Source: an uncultured Candidatus Saccharibacteria bacterium (GTDB taxonomy: Bacteria; Patescibacteriota; Saccharimonadia; Saccharimonadales; Saccharimonadaceae). From it: a stretch of DNA of 55,981 bases. The stretch spans positions 1 through 55,981 of the forward strand of contig CAMYZY010000001.1 of NCBI GenBank assembly GCA_947304075.1, written 5' to 3'. Every line of letters begins with the position of its first letter. The first letter of the stretch is position 1. The notes under the pieces are model-generated. The model was not told the DNA's origin. It saw only the letters and a list, made by a program, of their open reading frames with translations, and searched no databases. Positions 39,763 through 50,306 of this stretch are shown piece after piece. Both the position numbers and the translations under genes were made by a program.

Positions 39763-41232
39763 TCATTCCGACACCGTCAAATACTCATTAATTTTATTAA
39801 CTACACTATTCACAGAATCTTCATCTGCTATCATTACATAAAGTGGTAAGCTAGCCCCCATACTATAAGTTGGCTCTTTTGTACCTTCACCGTCAACAGA
39901 AACTGACTCTATTTCCCATTTTATCGGATTAGCAAGTTGCATTCTAATAAAACCAATAATATCATCCCGACTAAGCGACGTTTCAAAAGTCTCCGATGCC
40001 ACATTTAGTATCTCGGGAGCCTTCAACAAATATTCTTTCGAACTAGTCATTTTATTAATAATCGCCGTGAGCACTTCTTGTTGATTATAGCCACGGTGCT
40101 TGTCGCCAAGATAATACGACTTTCTTTCCCTAGCAAACCTAAGAGCGCAAGTTCCATCTACGTGTTGCCATCCTTCAATATAATGACAGTTTTTATTTAA
40201 ATTCATTTTTGTATCCGAATAAATATCAATTCCGCCTAGTGTGTCAACCACCTTAATTACTGTGTCAAAACTCACCTTTACTGTATAGTCAATTTTAATT
40301 CCTAGAAAATCTTCAATCGTTGTCTTACTCATATCAATTCCGTAAATCCCCGCATGGGTCAACTTGTCTTTTAACCCTTCCGTATCGTGTAACTGCACAT
40401 AAGTATCACGCGGAATCGAAGCGAGCAAAATCTTACCTTGTTTTTGGTTCACCACAACCACAATATTTACATCCGAAAGCCCCAGGCCCTTAATGCCAGT
40501 CCGCGAATCGCTACCAGAAATATATATTGTAAATGGTTCTAATGTAATATTCTTGTTAGAAGTCTCGGCTTCCTTTTTTTCTATCTCAATTTCAAAAGTA
40601 TAAATAATCTTTAGACCATCAACCGCAATGCTTTCTTCATTATCTTCTCCAATTAATACATCCGTCCTTCCACTTTCCAACACAATCGCATCAGTCAGAC
40701 CATTTTTAAGTACATCAAGCATAGTCCCAAGATCATCATAATAAGTCACATTAAAACTAATTAGCTCATTTAAATATTCTTCTGCCCTTTTCGCATCCTT
40801 ATCGTTACTTAAAAGACTAAAACTTTTATTATCAAGTTCTTGAATGTCATTTATCTCATCATTAATTACAAGCACATTATAAGTTTTAAGTTCTGGTTTT
40901 TTGCCAGTAATTTTGTCTAGAAAACCGTTAAACGCGTCCGTGTAATTTAAAGCAAAAATACTGCCAGCAATACAAATTATCCCAAGAATAATGCAAATTA
41001 CCTGAGCCCACATCTTTGACTTTTGCCTTACTAGTAAAACCACAACATTTAATATCAATATCGCCAGTAAAACCAAGCCGATTACTGTGATAATCCAGTT
41101 ATCAATAATCCCCATATTTACAAGCGAAACCACCAAAAGTGCCGAAACCACCAGTTGCAAAAATACTAAAACAGATTTAATAACTAACCAAACAATCTTT
41201 CCAGTTTTCTTCTTTCCGTTTTCTTTATTCAT
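39763..41232 (-). CDS. LCP family glycopolymer transferase (CpsA/Wzg-like)
   Basis: 3 N-terminal TM helices; ISGSD, SIPRDTYV, DKLTHAG, FARER..GD..RG.NQ. Confidence 0.92.
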   Translation of the reverse strand: MNKENGKKKTGKIVWLVIKSVLVFLQLVVSALLVVSLVNMGIIDNWIITVIGLVLLAILILNVVVLLVRQKSKMWAQVICIILGIICIAGSIFALNYTDAFNGFLDKITGKKPELKTYNVLVINDEINDIQELDNKSFSLLSNDKDAKRAEEYLNELISFNVTYYDDLGTMLDVLKNGLTDAIVLESGRTDVLIGEDNEESIAVDGLKIIYTFEIEIEKKEAETSNKNITLEPFTIYISGSDSRTGIKGLGLSDVNIVVVVNQKQGKILLASIPRDTYVQLHDTEGLKDKLTHAGIYGIDMSKTTIEDFLGIKIDYTVKVSFDTVIKVVDTLGGIDIYSDTKMNLNKNCHYIEGWQHVDGTCALRFARERKSYYLGDKHRGYNQQEVLTAIINKMTSSKEYLLKAPEILNVASETFETSLSRDDIIGFIRMQLANPIKWEIESVSVDGEGTKEPTYSMGASLPLYVMIADEDSVNSVVNKINEYLTVSE

Positions 41233-41244
41233 TCACGCTCCAAA

Positions 41245-42441
41245 TTAATCTCTCGCAAACAAATCTCGCGTATAGACTTTTTCACGCACGTCTTCTAGCT
41301 CTGGTGTCATACGGTTGGCCAAAATAACCGAACATTCCTTTTTCAATTTCTTCAAATCATTCACCACTTTTACGCCATTATAATCATCACTTTTTAATGT
41401 AGGTTCATAGATTACTATGTCCTTCTTTTTCTCTTTCAAAATCTTTATAATATCATGGATTGCCGCAGAACGAAAATTATCGGATTCAGACTTCATTGTC
41501 AAACGATATATACCAATTAGCTTCGGGTCTTCTTTTAATATCTCTTCTGCAATAAACTGTTTACGTGTATTATTCGCTTGTACAATCGCCCTAATCAAAT
41601 CCTGTGGCACATCTTTGTAGTTAGCTAAAAGTTGCTTCGTGTCTTTTGGCAAACAATATCCACCATAACCAAACGACGGGTTATTGTAATGTGTACCAAT
41701 TCTCGGATCCAGTGATATACCATTAATGATACTTTTCGGATTAATACCCTTTACTTTAGCATAAGTATCTAGTTCATTAAAATATGCCACTCTAAGAGCT
41801 AAGTATGTATTAGCAAACAGTTTGACCGCTTCGGCTTCCTTGCTATCCATCGTAATAACTTGTACATTCTCAGCCAGAGCTGCATCACGTAATAATTCCG
41901 CAAATTTTTGCGCTTCTTCTGAATAAGAACCTACAATAATTCTTGATGGATACAGGTTATCATAAAGTGCCTTGCCTTCGCGCAAAAATTCTGGCGAAAA
42001 GAAAATATTGTCTATGTCATATTTTTGACGAATCGAGCTAACGTAACCTACCGGAATTGTAGATTTAATCACCATTGTGGTTTTTGGATTACCGAGCGAA
42101 ATAACTTTTTCAATAATATCTTCCACAGAACTCGTATTAAAATAATCTTTCGTTTCATCATAATCCGTTGGTGTAGCGATAACTACATAATCTGCATCCT
42201 TAAAAGCCTCTTCCCAATCAAGTGTTGCTTTTAAATCTAATTTTCGCTCGCCTTTCACGGCATCATCAAAATATTTTTCAATATATTCATCTCGAATTGG
42301 CGAGATGAATTTATTCACCATTTTTACTTTTTCTGGAACAATATCTAGTGCAATCACTTCATTATTTTGCGCTAAAAGTGTTGCGAGTGATAATCCGACA
42401 TAGCCAGTACCAGCTACTGCAATTTTCATTTTATTCTCCAT
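41245..42441 (-). CDS. ugd: UDP-glucose 6-dehydrogenase
   Basis: [29 protein letters not shown]. Confidence 0.96.
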   Translation of the reverse strand: MENKMKIAVAGTGYVGLSLATLLAQNNEVIALDIVPEKVKMVNKFISPIRDEYIEKYFDDAVKGERKLDLKATLDWEEAFKDADYVVIATPTDYDETKDYFNTSSVEDIIEKVISLGNPKTTMVIKSTIPVGYVSSIRQKYDIDNIFFSPEFLREGKALYDNLYPSRIIVGSYSEEAQKFAELLRDAALAENVQVITMDSKEAEAVKLFANTYLALRVAYFNELDTYAKVKGINPKSIINGISLDPRIGTHYNNPSFGYGGYCLPKDTKQLLANYKDVPQDLIRAIVQANNTRKQFIAEEILKEDPKLIGIYRLTMKSESDNFRSAAIHDIIKILKEKKKDIVIYEPTLKSDDYNGVKVVNDLKKLKKECSVILANRMTPELEDVREKVYTRDLFARD

Positions 42442-42506
42442 ATTACAATATTAACTCTATATATTATATATATACTATATAGAATCGTCAAATAATTATA
42501 ACCGTT

Positions 42507-43556
42507 TTAACCGTAGTAAGCTTTATACCATTCAGCAAATTTACGTAAACCTTCTCTTAGCGTAGTGTGTGGTTTGAAACCAAAATCTTTTTCTAGCGCC
42601 GAAGTGTCAGCATAAGTGATCGGCACGTCACCCGCCTGCATTGGTACTAATTCTTTGTGTGCTTCAAAATCATAGTCTTTCGGCAAAACGTTGGCACGAA
42701 TTAATTCTTCTTGCAAGATCTGCACAAAATCCAACAAATTCTCAGGATTAGAATTACCAATATTATAAACTTTATATGGCGCAATTGGCAGACCATCCTC
42801 GCCATTCTTTTTTTCTGGTGCTTTTTCCATTACCCGCATCACACCTTCAACAATATCGTCAATATAAGTAAAATCGCGCTTGCAATTCCCATAATTAAAA
42901 ATTTGAATCTTTTCGCCTTTGATTAACTTATTAGTAAAGCCAAAGTAGGCCATGTCTGGCCGACCGGCCGGACCATAAACAGTAAAGAATCGTAATCCAG
43001 TAGATGGGATGTTGTATAGTTTGGAGTACGCATGTGCAAGTAGCTCATTTGATTTCTTGGTCGCAGCATATAGACTCACGGGATTATCAACTTTGTCTTC
43101 TACCGCAAATGGAACTTTTTTATTACCACCATAAACTGATGAAGATGAAGCATAAACCAAGTGCTCTACTGGGTAATGTCTACACGCTTCTAGTATATTG
43201 TAGAATCCAATTAGATTCGCTTCAATATAGGCATCCGGATGGTCGATCGAATATCTCACACCAGCCTGCGCTGCAAGATTCACTACGACGTCTGGATGGT
43301 ACTTTTCAAAAATCGAATCTACGGCTTTTTTATCCGCCAAATTACCTTTGATAAATGTGAAATTCTTGTATTGTTCCAAATCTTTTAAACGATACTCTTT
43401 TAACTTCACGTCATAATAATCATTTACGCTATCAAATCCAATAACTGTTGATTTTGGATTTTCTTCACACACTCTTTTCGCAAGCGACCAACCGATAAAC
43501 CCAGCTGCGCCGGTGATGAGAATAGTTTTATAATCAAAATTATTATTTTTATCCAT
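42507..43556 (-). CDS. NAD-dependent epimerase (UDP-glucuronate 4-epimerase-like)
   Basis: TGAAGFIG, LAAQAGVRYS, YAATKK, FFTVYGPAGRPDMAY. Confidence 0.92.
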   Translation of the reverse strand: MDKNNNFDYKTILITGAAGFIGWSLAKRVCEENPKSTVIGFDSVNDYYDVKLKEYRLKDLEQYKNFTFIKGNLADKKAVDSIFEKYHPDVVVNLAAQAGVRYSIDHPDAYIEANLIGFYNILEACRHYPVEHLVYASSSSVYGGNKKVPFAVEDKVDNPVSLYAATKKSNELLAHAYSKLYNIPSTGLRFFTVYGPAGRPDMAYFGFTNKLIKGEKIQIFNYGNCKRDFTYIDDIVEGVMRVMEKAPEKKNGEDGLPIAPYKVYNIGNSNPENLLDFVQILQEELIRANVLPKDYDFEAHKELVPMQAGDVPITYADTSALEKDFGFKPHTTLREGLRKFAEWYKAYYG

Positions 43557-43674
43557 AGACTATATTATACAATAATAATCGCTACAAATTGAAAATAATG
43601 ATAGACAAAAACTACTTTAAAACAATTGATAAATCAATTCTATAAAGCTAAATCTGTTTAGTAGCGCTTTTATT

Positions 43675-44706
43675 TTACAGCCCAAACATCACTCTCGTAA
43701 CTCGCCACTTTTTCAGCACCACACTCATTACAAGAGAAATGCAAGTCGCAATCAAAAACGATAATACTGCCTGTATAATAGGATGCACTAACCCATTAAA
43801 CCATATTATCGTAAAGTAAATAATCTGTTGATGAAATGAATAAATCCCGAAACTATTCCCCTCCAGCAAACAATAAAACCGATTTTGCATTATCCCTTTA
43901 CATCTAGCTGCCAAACGGCTACACAAGAAATAAATTACGGACACTTCCAAAACACTCACTAATGGCACCATAAATTCAATCCCATACTTGATAACCTTTG
44001 CATCCGTATTCGTAAAACACAGAATCAAAACATATAACCCCAAAGTCATACATAGCATTATCACCACTTGTTTCCAAGTTATCTTTTGTTTATTTTTATA
44101 AATATATCCGCCTAAATAAAAGAATAAAATGTACTTTATTGAAACCGCTAATTGAAAATAATTAAAATGCGCAACTGATAGCAACCCACCCACTAGTGTA
44201 GTAATGAAATAGATTAATACAAGATTTCCAAACGATAGTTTGATTCTTTTACCAATCAACTCAAAAAACACAAATACAATAAATAACATTATCAAGAACC
44301 ACAATTGTGCCGGACCGGTCATCAAGACGAATTTATCGAATAACTCATTTAAAGAATAATGGTAAAACAAGCACCCGATCGGAATTGCCCACAAAACGCT
44401 CGTGAAAAAATACGGCACCAACAATCTTTTTGCTCGCTTTTTTATATCTTTCTTAAGCTCATTATACCTTCCTTTTTCAATCCATAAATAATAAAACAAA
44501 AATCCCGACGCCATCGCGAAAGTTTGAATGTTAAAAGTCTTCATCCATCTTGCAATAAAATACAAATAATCGCCCCCACCGATTGGTTCAACTGGAGTAA
44601 ACCAATCCCCACCAAAAAATAAACAGCAATGATGAATCACTACCACAATCATCATTATGGTCTTAATAAAGGCAATATTGTCTAGTTTATAAGCTTCTCG
44701 TCTCAT
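43675..44706 (-). CDS. Acyltransferase-3 family membrane O-acyltransferase
   Basis: ~10 TM helices; F..SGF, KRAKRLLVPY, LWFL, SFGIY..HQ. Confidence 0.85.
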   Translation of the reverse strand: MRREAYKLDNIAFIKTIMMIVVVIHHCCLFFGGDWFTPVEPIGGGDYLYFIARWMKTFNIQTFAMASGFLFYYLWIEKGRYNELKKDIKKRAKRLLVPYFFTSVLWAIPIGCLFYHYSLNELFDKFVLMTGPAQLWFLIMLFIVFVFFELIGKRIKLSFGNLVLIYFITTLVGGLLSVAHFNYFQLAVSIKYILFFYLGGYIYKNKQKITWKQVVIMLCMTLGLYVLILCFTNTDAKVIKYGIEFMVPLVSVLEVSVIYFLCSRLAARCKGIMQNRFYCLLEGNSFGIYSFHQQIIYFTIIWFNGLVHPIIQAVLSFLIATCISLVMSVVLKKWRVTRVMFGL

Positions 44707-45701
44707 TTTTTACCATCGCCTATCATAATGGTTACATATAGAGTCGCCGGCAACCAAAAAACTATTTTCCAAAAATTATTTGCTGAACCTTTCAGTTTAT
44801 TTTTTCGCACAAATTCTTTATCTCCTTTTCTCATCAATAGACAAGAAAAGACGCAATACTTTATGATATTTTTTATATATTGCCGAAAGCTAAATCCGTA
44901 TTTTTGTGCATTATTTAATACATACGCTTTGCTCCAAAGATTGTTCCGAATTTTCTGTTTGTCATTCTTTCTCCAATTTCCAGCCAAACGATCATTACTC
45001 TCCTTATGATATATTCTCACGACATTGTTGATTCCCCAAGACTTGTACTTTCGCTCTAGCGGTATCCATACAGCACTCTCCGCGACAAATGATATACCCT
45101 CTGGTTCGGGAAACAAATTCTTTTTCATCACTTCCGATACGCGACAACCAATCTGCTCTCCGCCAGCCATTGAAAAATACTTTCTTGCCTTATCTTTTGG
45201 CATCTCGTTAATGTTATCAGGAAATGGTTTCGCAGTCATTTTGGCATTTTGGTCCCTACATTGCGCCTTTATTTGCCAATATTCATCTCTCTCATTTTTC
45301 GGTATCGACATCCATGTTTTATAAAAAATCTCACAAGCATCCGGTGTCAGCTCGTCATCAGAATCAATACAAAGTACCAATTCCCCTCGTGCCTGCTTAT
45401 AACCAATATTACGCGCTGTGTGCACCCCACCATTCGGTTTTTTTATAAACATCACCGGCAACCTAGTCGATTCCATGTATTTTTTTACGATGTCGTCAAT
45501 TGGCTCCATCGACCCATCATCAATAATAATATATTCTATATTGCGAAATTCTTGCTTTTCAACCGAGTCTATCGTCCTCTGAATCGTCTCGCGCCTATTG
45601 TAAACTGGAGTCATCACGGTAATAAAAGGCTTCTTTACTTTTCTCCAATTTTTGTTAGTCGTTACACTAAAACTACTCGATTTTCCCATCACCAATCTCA
45701 C
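44703..45701 (-). CDS. GT2 glycosyltransferase
   Basis: TPVYNR, IIIDDGS, N.G..TARN.G, IDSDD; exact start uncertain. Confidence 0.9.
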   Translation of the reverse strand: MRLVMGKSSSFSVTTNKNWRKVKKPFITVMTPVYNRRETIQRTIDSVEKQEFRNIEYIIIDDGSMEPIDDIVKKYMESTRLPVMFIKKPNGGVHTARNIGYKQARGELVLCIDSDDELTPDACEIFYKTWMSIPKNERDEYWQIKAQCRDQNAKMTAKPFPDNINEMPKDKARKYFSMAGGEQIGCRVSEVMKKNLFPEPEGISFVAESAVWIPLERKYKSWGINNVVRIYHKESNDRLAGNWRKNDKQKIRNNLWSKAYVLNNAQKYGFSFRQYIKNIIKYCVFSCLLMRKGDKEFVRKNKLKGSANNFWKIVFWLPATLYVTIMIGDGKK

Positions 45702-47211
45702 TCCTTTTTCTCTTAAACAACCTTCCGAACATTTTCAAAACATCGTTCATCTCTTTTCTGTACAACACGCAATACGACAGCATAGTAATACTACTGATAA
45801 TTAGAAACGTAATTACTGCCTGAATAATCCAATCAACATAATTATCAGGAAGAGGCGTTTTGACAATACACAAACCGAGGAAACTCACAACCACCGTTAT
45901 GATTACGGATACCATTATTTTAAGCATGCTACATCTCACATTTCTATATAGAATGCATTTATTCGCATAGTTAATAAATTCTACCGTACGTATGAACATC
46001 GCCACCGCGGTACCGATTGCTACACCCACCAACCCAAAATTAAAAACCAGAATTACTGAAAGTATAATGTTGACACCGGCTTCAATCCAAGCTCCTTTCC
46101 TAGTTTCTTTAAAACGACCAGCCGCTTGTATCAAAGAATTATACGGTATTCTAATTGCCCAAATATATTCACCTAAAACCAACAAATACCCGAATACTGG
46201 TCTTAAATAATCCGCATCCGTCACCCCCTTCACATAAACACTTATGAAAGAGGTAATTAGAAGCAGCGTGCTAGTAAATACAATCGTAACAATCATCATA
46301 AATAGCAGTTCATACACAGAAAACTTTTTTCTCAAGTTTTCGTCCTCCTTTTTTGCGATCATATCACCGAAAGAAGCATCTACACCGTTATTAAACGATT
46401 GGATAATTTTTTTAATTGCTACCACGACAAGATGGTACACTGAGTAAACGGAAACCTCTGCCAAATTAGTAAAAATAGTCAAAACCGCCACATCTGTATT
46501 ACCATGAATCATCCATGCAATGTGTTGCGCTAATCCATCCCACTTTTGTTTTATTGGATAAGAACTTGTAGCGTCTTCAAAATTCAAATTATACTTTTTC
46601 TTCACATAGAAATTTTGAAGTATTGGTCTAAGCGCAAATATCAACCCAATCACAAGCTCAATCGCTACAACGCTCGCACCGAGTAAAGCCATTGCAACTA
46701 CAACAATTATCCCAAGGATATAGGTGATCATCTGAATTAACGATACAACATATATTTTTTGCTCTGCCTGTAGAAACAACCTATAAGCCATCCCAAAAAA
46801 GTATTCCGCAAATGTGCTAATAGCTATTACGACCACTAATGAAATCGTAAAAATAGCATCGAAATCAGCCTTTGCGATTAACGGAAAAACAAAACACAAT
46901 ACTATAGTATAAAGTACAAAAGATAACGCAATTCTCCGAAAAAATTTCTCAGAAGTTTTTATAACACTTGCAATGGACTGCATATCCTTATTAGCTATTG
47001 GTTTATAGAAGACTGCCTTAACTACTGCACCAAATCCGGATTCAAAAAGAGTAATATAAGACAAAAATTGCGTAATTGATGCAACTAGCCCATTAACATC
47101 AGAGCCAAATTTTTCTATGATTATTTTTGGAACAACAAAACCGTAAATTATTATGACAAACTGTAACAATAAGTTTGTCATAATATTCCGAATGGCATTC
47201 TTCGATCTCAT
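45673..47211 (-). CDS. Wzx-type polysaccharide flippase
   Basis: ~12-14 TM MOP-like protein in a polysaccharide cluster. Confidence 0.85.
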   Translation of the reverse strand: MRSKNAIRNIMTNLLLQFVIIIYGFVVPKIIIEKFGSDVNGLVASITQFLSYITLFESGFGAVVKAVFYKPIANKDMQSIASVIKTSEKFFRRIALSFVLYTIVLCFVFPLIAKADFDAIFTISLVVVIAISTFAEYFFGMAYRLFLQAEQKIYVVSLIQMITYILGIIVVVAMALLGASVVAIELVIGLIFALRPILQNFYVKKKYNLNFEDATSSYPIKQKWDGLAQHIAWMIHGNTDVAVLTIFTNLAEVSVYSVYHLVVVAIKKIIQSFNNGVDASFGDMIAKKEDENLRKKFSVYELLFMMIVTIVFTSTLLLITSFISVYVKGVTDADYLRPVFGYLLVLGEYIWAIRIPYNSLIQAAGRFKETRKGAWIEAGVNIILSVILVFNFGLVGVAIGTAVAMFIRTVEFINYANKCILYRNVRCSMLKIMVSVIITVVVSFLGLCIVKTPLPDNYVDWIIQAVITFLIISSITMLSYCVLYRKEMNDVLKMFGRLFKRKRSEIGDGKIE

Positions 47212-48077
47212 TTTTTTATCTCTTTCAACATTATAAAATCACCGAGTCTCCTATCCCAATTTTCATCAGCAAAAGGTATAATACCACTACATGTCGTAAA
47301 GGTAAGTTCGCCAAAATACAACTTTCCGTTAATCTCATACCAATCCACGCGAAGATGTGGGATGTCTTTTGAAAGAATCGCACTGAATTCCTTCATCTTT
47401 TCAAAATTCTTTGGTCTTTCAGGAATATACTCAAGTGGTCTATAATCACTTCTCCGACAATCGACCAAGTGCATATTCATATCATAAAAACTCATCCTTG
47501 CAGTCTTATGATTCTCTAACCCTTCAGACAAATACATGATTTCCGGTTTACCATCAAAACAGAAAAACTTATAATCCCGCATTGTTTTGCTACTTTTATC
47601 TTCCATATACTTCTCTACAAGAATACGTGGTCTTACATTTTTATATGGCCATTCTCTTCCACGCCAATAATAGTTTTTCTTTAAGCAATCAGTAATTTTC
47701 TCTCGCGCTTCATCAATATCTAATTGATCTTTATTTTTACAAATCACCAAACCACCCGAATCGTGCGTACATTTTATTACGAATTGTTTTGGCAACTCCT
47801 TAAAGTCAATATCCTCAAATTTGTCATACACTCCAATTGTTGGTATGATGTATTCCTTGCCAATTATGCCCGCTACATATTTCTTCGCTTCGCATTTATC
47901 TACCATCGTAGTATAAATATCCTTCCTATCATATAACTTCAACCATTGTAATTTTTCATTATAAGTCTTCGGATTTTTAAAATCTAGCTTCTTGCCAGTT
48001 TTGCTTCTATATTTTAATTTCAAATATAATTTATCCGGTATTAATTTAGAAAAACTAAATAACATTTTCTTTATCAT
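47208..48077 (-). CDS. TupA-like ATP-grasp protein
   Basis: NPKTYNEKLQWLKLY, FVIKCTHDSG, DYKFFCF.G, RVDWY, YFGELTF. Confidence 0.88.
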   Translation of the reverse strand: MIKKMLFSFSKLIPDKLYLKLKYRSKTGKKLDFKNPKTYNEKLQWLKLYDRKDIYTTMVDKCEAKKYVAGIIGKEYIIPTIGVYDKFEDIDFKELPKQFVIKCTHDSGGLVICKNKDQLDIDEAREKITDCLKKNYYWRGREWPYKNVRPRILVEKYMEDKSSKTMRDYKFFCFDGKPEIMYLSEGLENHKTARMSFYDMNMHLVDCRRSDYRPLEYIPERPKNFEKMKEFSAILSKDIPHLRVDWYEINGKLYFGELTFTTCSGIIPFADENWDRRLGDFIMLKEIKK

Positions 48078-49177
48078 ATAATTCCCCCATAAATAAAATA
48101 ATACTGTAACAATAATTTTACCATCAATCCTAACATAATCGAAACAATCAACACTATCAAAACTTTTCTATTACTTTCTTCCAAGTGCTCTAATATTTGG
48201 ACTATCAACAAAAAACATGGTAAATAAAAATATGTTGCGAAGCGGAACATCCAATACATATATACCGACAAAACCGAAAATATTGAACAAAACACAGACA
48301 GCACCAACATAAAATCGTAGTTTTTAATTTTATCTCTTAGCTTTTTCCTGTACAATATTGCAAAGATTGTAATTATATAATACGGCGCACTTTTAAAAAT
48401 CGTAAAGAAATTCGTGTCTACAATCATCGAACCAGAACTGTCTACATAATTGCCAACTTGTGTATCCATACCCGGTAAATGGCTGAATAAACTAATGAAA
48501 TATTTACTAATCTGCGGATAAAAAATCGCGATAGCAAACAGTATTATATATAGTACCCACTGTCGCACTTTTGATTTTTTCCCATATTCCGCTGCGATTA
48601 AGCAAGGAATCACAATCCAAGCAGCTTCATGACACAGAATTGCCACAATCAAAAATGGTATTGCCCATTTTTTCTTACCTTCCATATAATAAACAAGCGC
48701 CAGGTTAGCAAAAGCCAGCGACAAAGCTTGCTTCATGGCAAAAAATCCCCATAGCCCTACCGTACTCAGGAAGAAAAGTAACAGATATAGTGGTCTACTC
48801 TCTTTACATTTTTTATAACAATATATATTAACTACAAAATAAACTGTGGCAACAACGAAAAACAGCACACTACCATTTCGCGTGAATAATTGTATTATGG
48901 ATTCCAAAGCCCAAAGACCAATAGATTGATTCTTCATATATTCTTCCTGACCAGGAGTCTCAAAACGCTGAACATAATTATGCCTATCGCCGATACTTTC
49001 ACCGGGCGGACCACATATTATCCCATATACACCAAATATTATCCCAAATATTATAAGCGCTACTAGGCCGAACTTCTTAATTCTATCATTTTTATATTTG
49101 TATTTTGCATATAGAAAAAGACAAAATACAAATACCAAATAATAAGCAATTTTACCAATTAATAGTAAATCGTTCAC
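48074..49177 (-). CDS. Wzy/EpsG-type polysaccharide polymerase
   Basis: Multi-TM; D..NY, MKQ.LS, A...H..A, R...YF pattern typical of EpsG. Confidence 0.75.
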   Translation of the reverse strand: MNDLLLIGKIAYYLVFVFCLFLYAKYKYKNDRIKKFGLVALIIFGIIFGVYGIICGPPGESIGDRHNYVQRFETPGQEEYMKNQSIGLWALESIIQLFTRNGSVLFFVVATVYFVVNIYCYKKCKESRPLYLLLFFLSTVGLWGFFAMKQALSLAFANLALVYYMEGKKKWAIPFLIVAILCHEAAWIVIPCLIAAEYGKKSKVRQWVLYIILFAIAIFYPQISKYFISLFSHLPGMDTQVGNYVDSSGSMIVDTNFFTIFKSAPYYIITIFAILYRKKLRDKIKNYDFMLVLSVFCSIFSVLSVYMYWMFRFATYFYLPCFLLIVQILEHLEESNRKVLIVLIVSIMLGLMVKLLLQYYFIYGGII

Positions 49178-50301
49178 TCTTTAGTCTCCATGACCCTATT
49201 AATGATAGTATACCATTGCTCGACTACTGTATTTACATCATTATCTTTCCTGATTCTTAACGCATTTCTTGATAGAATTTTACGCATTCTATCATCATTT
49301 ATTAAATCAGAGATGGCACAACCTAATGCATTTTTATCTCCATTTTTCACCAAAATCCCATTCTCACCATTCTTAGTTAAGCTTCTCGGGCCGCCACATG
49401 GACAATCAGTAGAGATACAAGGTAAACCCAATGCCATTGCCTCCATCAACGCATTCGGCATACCTTCATAACGCGAACTCAAAACAAAAATCTTCGAATT
49501 ATTCAATTTTTTTACTATATCATCAGTTTTTCCTTTCAAAAAAACCTTATTATTTAAGTTCATTTTATTTATCATTTCTTGTAGATACTGTCTCCTAGAA
49601 CCTTCGCCGTATATTTCCAAACAATAATCATTTTTTTCTTCCTCGATCATTCTTCCAAATGCCCTAATTAATAGTTCGTGATTTTTTTGAGACTCAAGCC
49701 TACCAACCGAAATAATAATATCTTTTCTATCCTTATCGTCTTTCGGCTTTATTAAAAATCTTTCGTCTATAGGGTTTTGGATAATAACTTGATTTCTTGT
49801 CTTGATAATACCCTTAAAATAATTTTTTGCATCTTCGGTTTGATATACCATTCCGTCAACATCTCTATAAAGCTTTTTCATGGCTTGCTTTATCAAAACA
49901 TTACTATACTCTTTCTCTGGATCATTCCGAATAGAAATAATTTTAGGGATCTTTCTAATTTTAGAAGAAAATTTGGATGCAAACATAAGTCTTAGAGATG
50001 GTTCAGGCAAAAAACTAATTATAATATCAGGGTCCTCATCAATTATAAATCTCTTAAATCTTAATAATCTACTAGGAGAAAGCTTTCTAAATATGCTCTT
50101 TACTCCACTATCAGATTCATAACATGTTTTATCGACATATAACCTTTTTATCTTTTCATCAAATTTATACGCATCCTTTGTATTCCTTTTTAAAGTCAAA
50201 ATAACAACATCATCTTTTTTTACAAACTCATTAGCAAGTACAGAAATAACCCTTTCCGCTCCACCTTTTTCAGTAGTAAGACAATTAAATAAAAGCTTCA
50301 T
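49174..50301 (-). CDS. GT4 glycosyltransferase (PglJ/PglH-like)
   Basis: GGAERV, VGRL..QKN, YEGMPNALMEAM..G. Confidence 0.9.
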   Translation of the reverse strand: MKLLFNCLTTEKGGAERVISVLANEFVKKDDVVILTLKRNTKDAYKFDEKIKRLYVDKTCYESDSGVKSIFRKLSPSRLLRFKRFIIDEDPDIIISFLPEPSLRLMFASKFSSKIRKIPKIISIRNDPEKEYSNVLIKQAMKKLYRDVDGMVYQTEDAKNYFKGIIKTRNQVIIQNPIDERFLIKPKDDKDRKDIIISVGRLESQKNHELLIRAFGRMIEEEKNDYCLEIYGEGSRRQYLQEMINKMNLNNKVFLKGKTDDIVKKLNNSKIFVLSSRYEGMPNALMEAMALGLPCISTDCPCGGPRSLTKNGENGILVKNGDKNALGCAISDLINDDRMRKILSRNALRIRKDNDVNTVVEQWYTIINRVMETKE

Positions 50302-50306
50302 TATTA

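Noticed and set aside
43570..43670. attC-like imperfect inverted repeat (CGCTAC...GTAGCG)
   Set aside because: Pairing is weak, R-box consensus is absent, it is a single copy and there is no integrase
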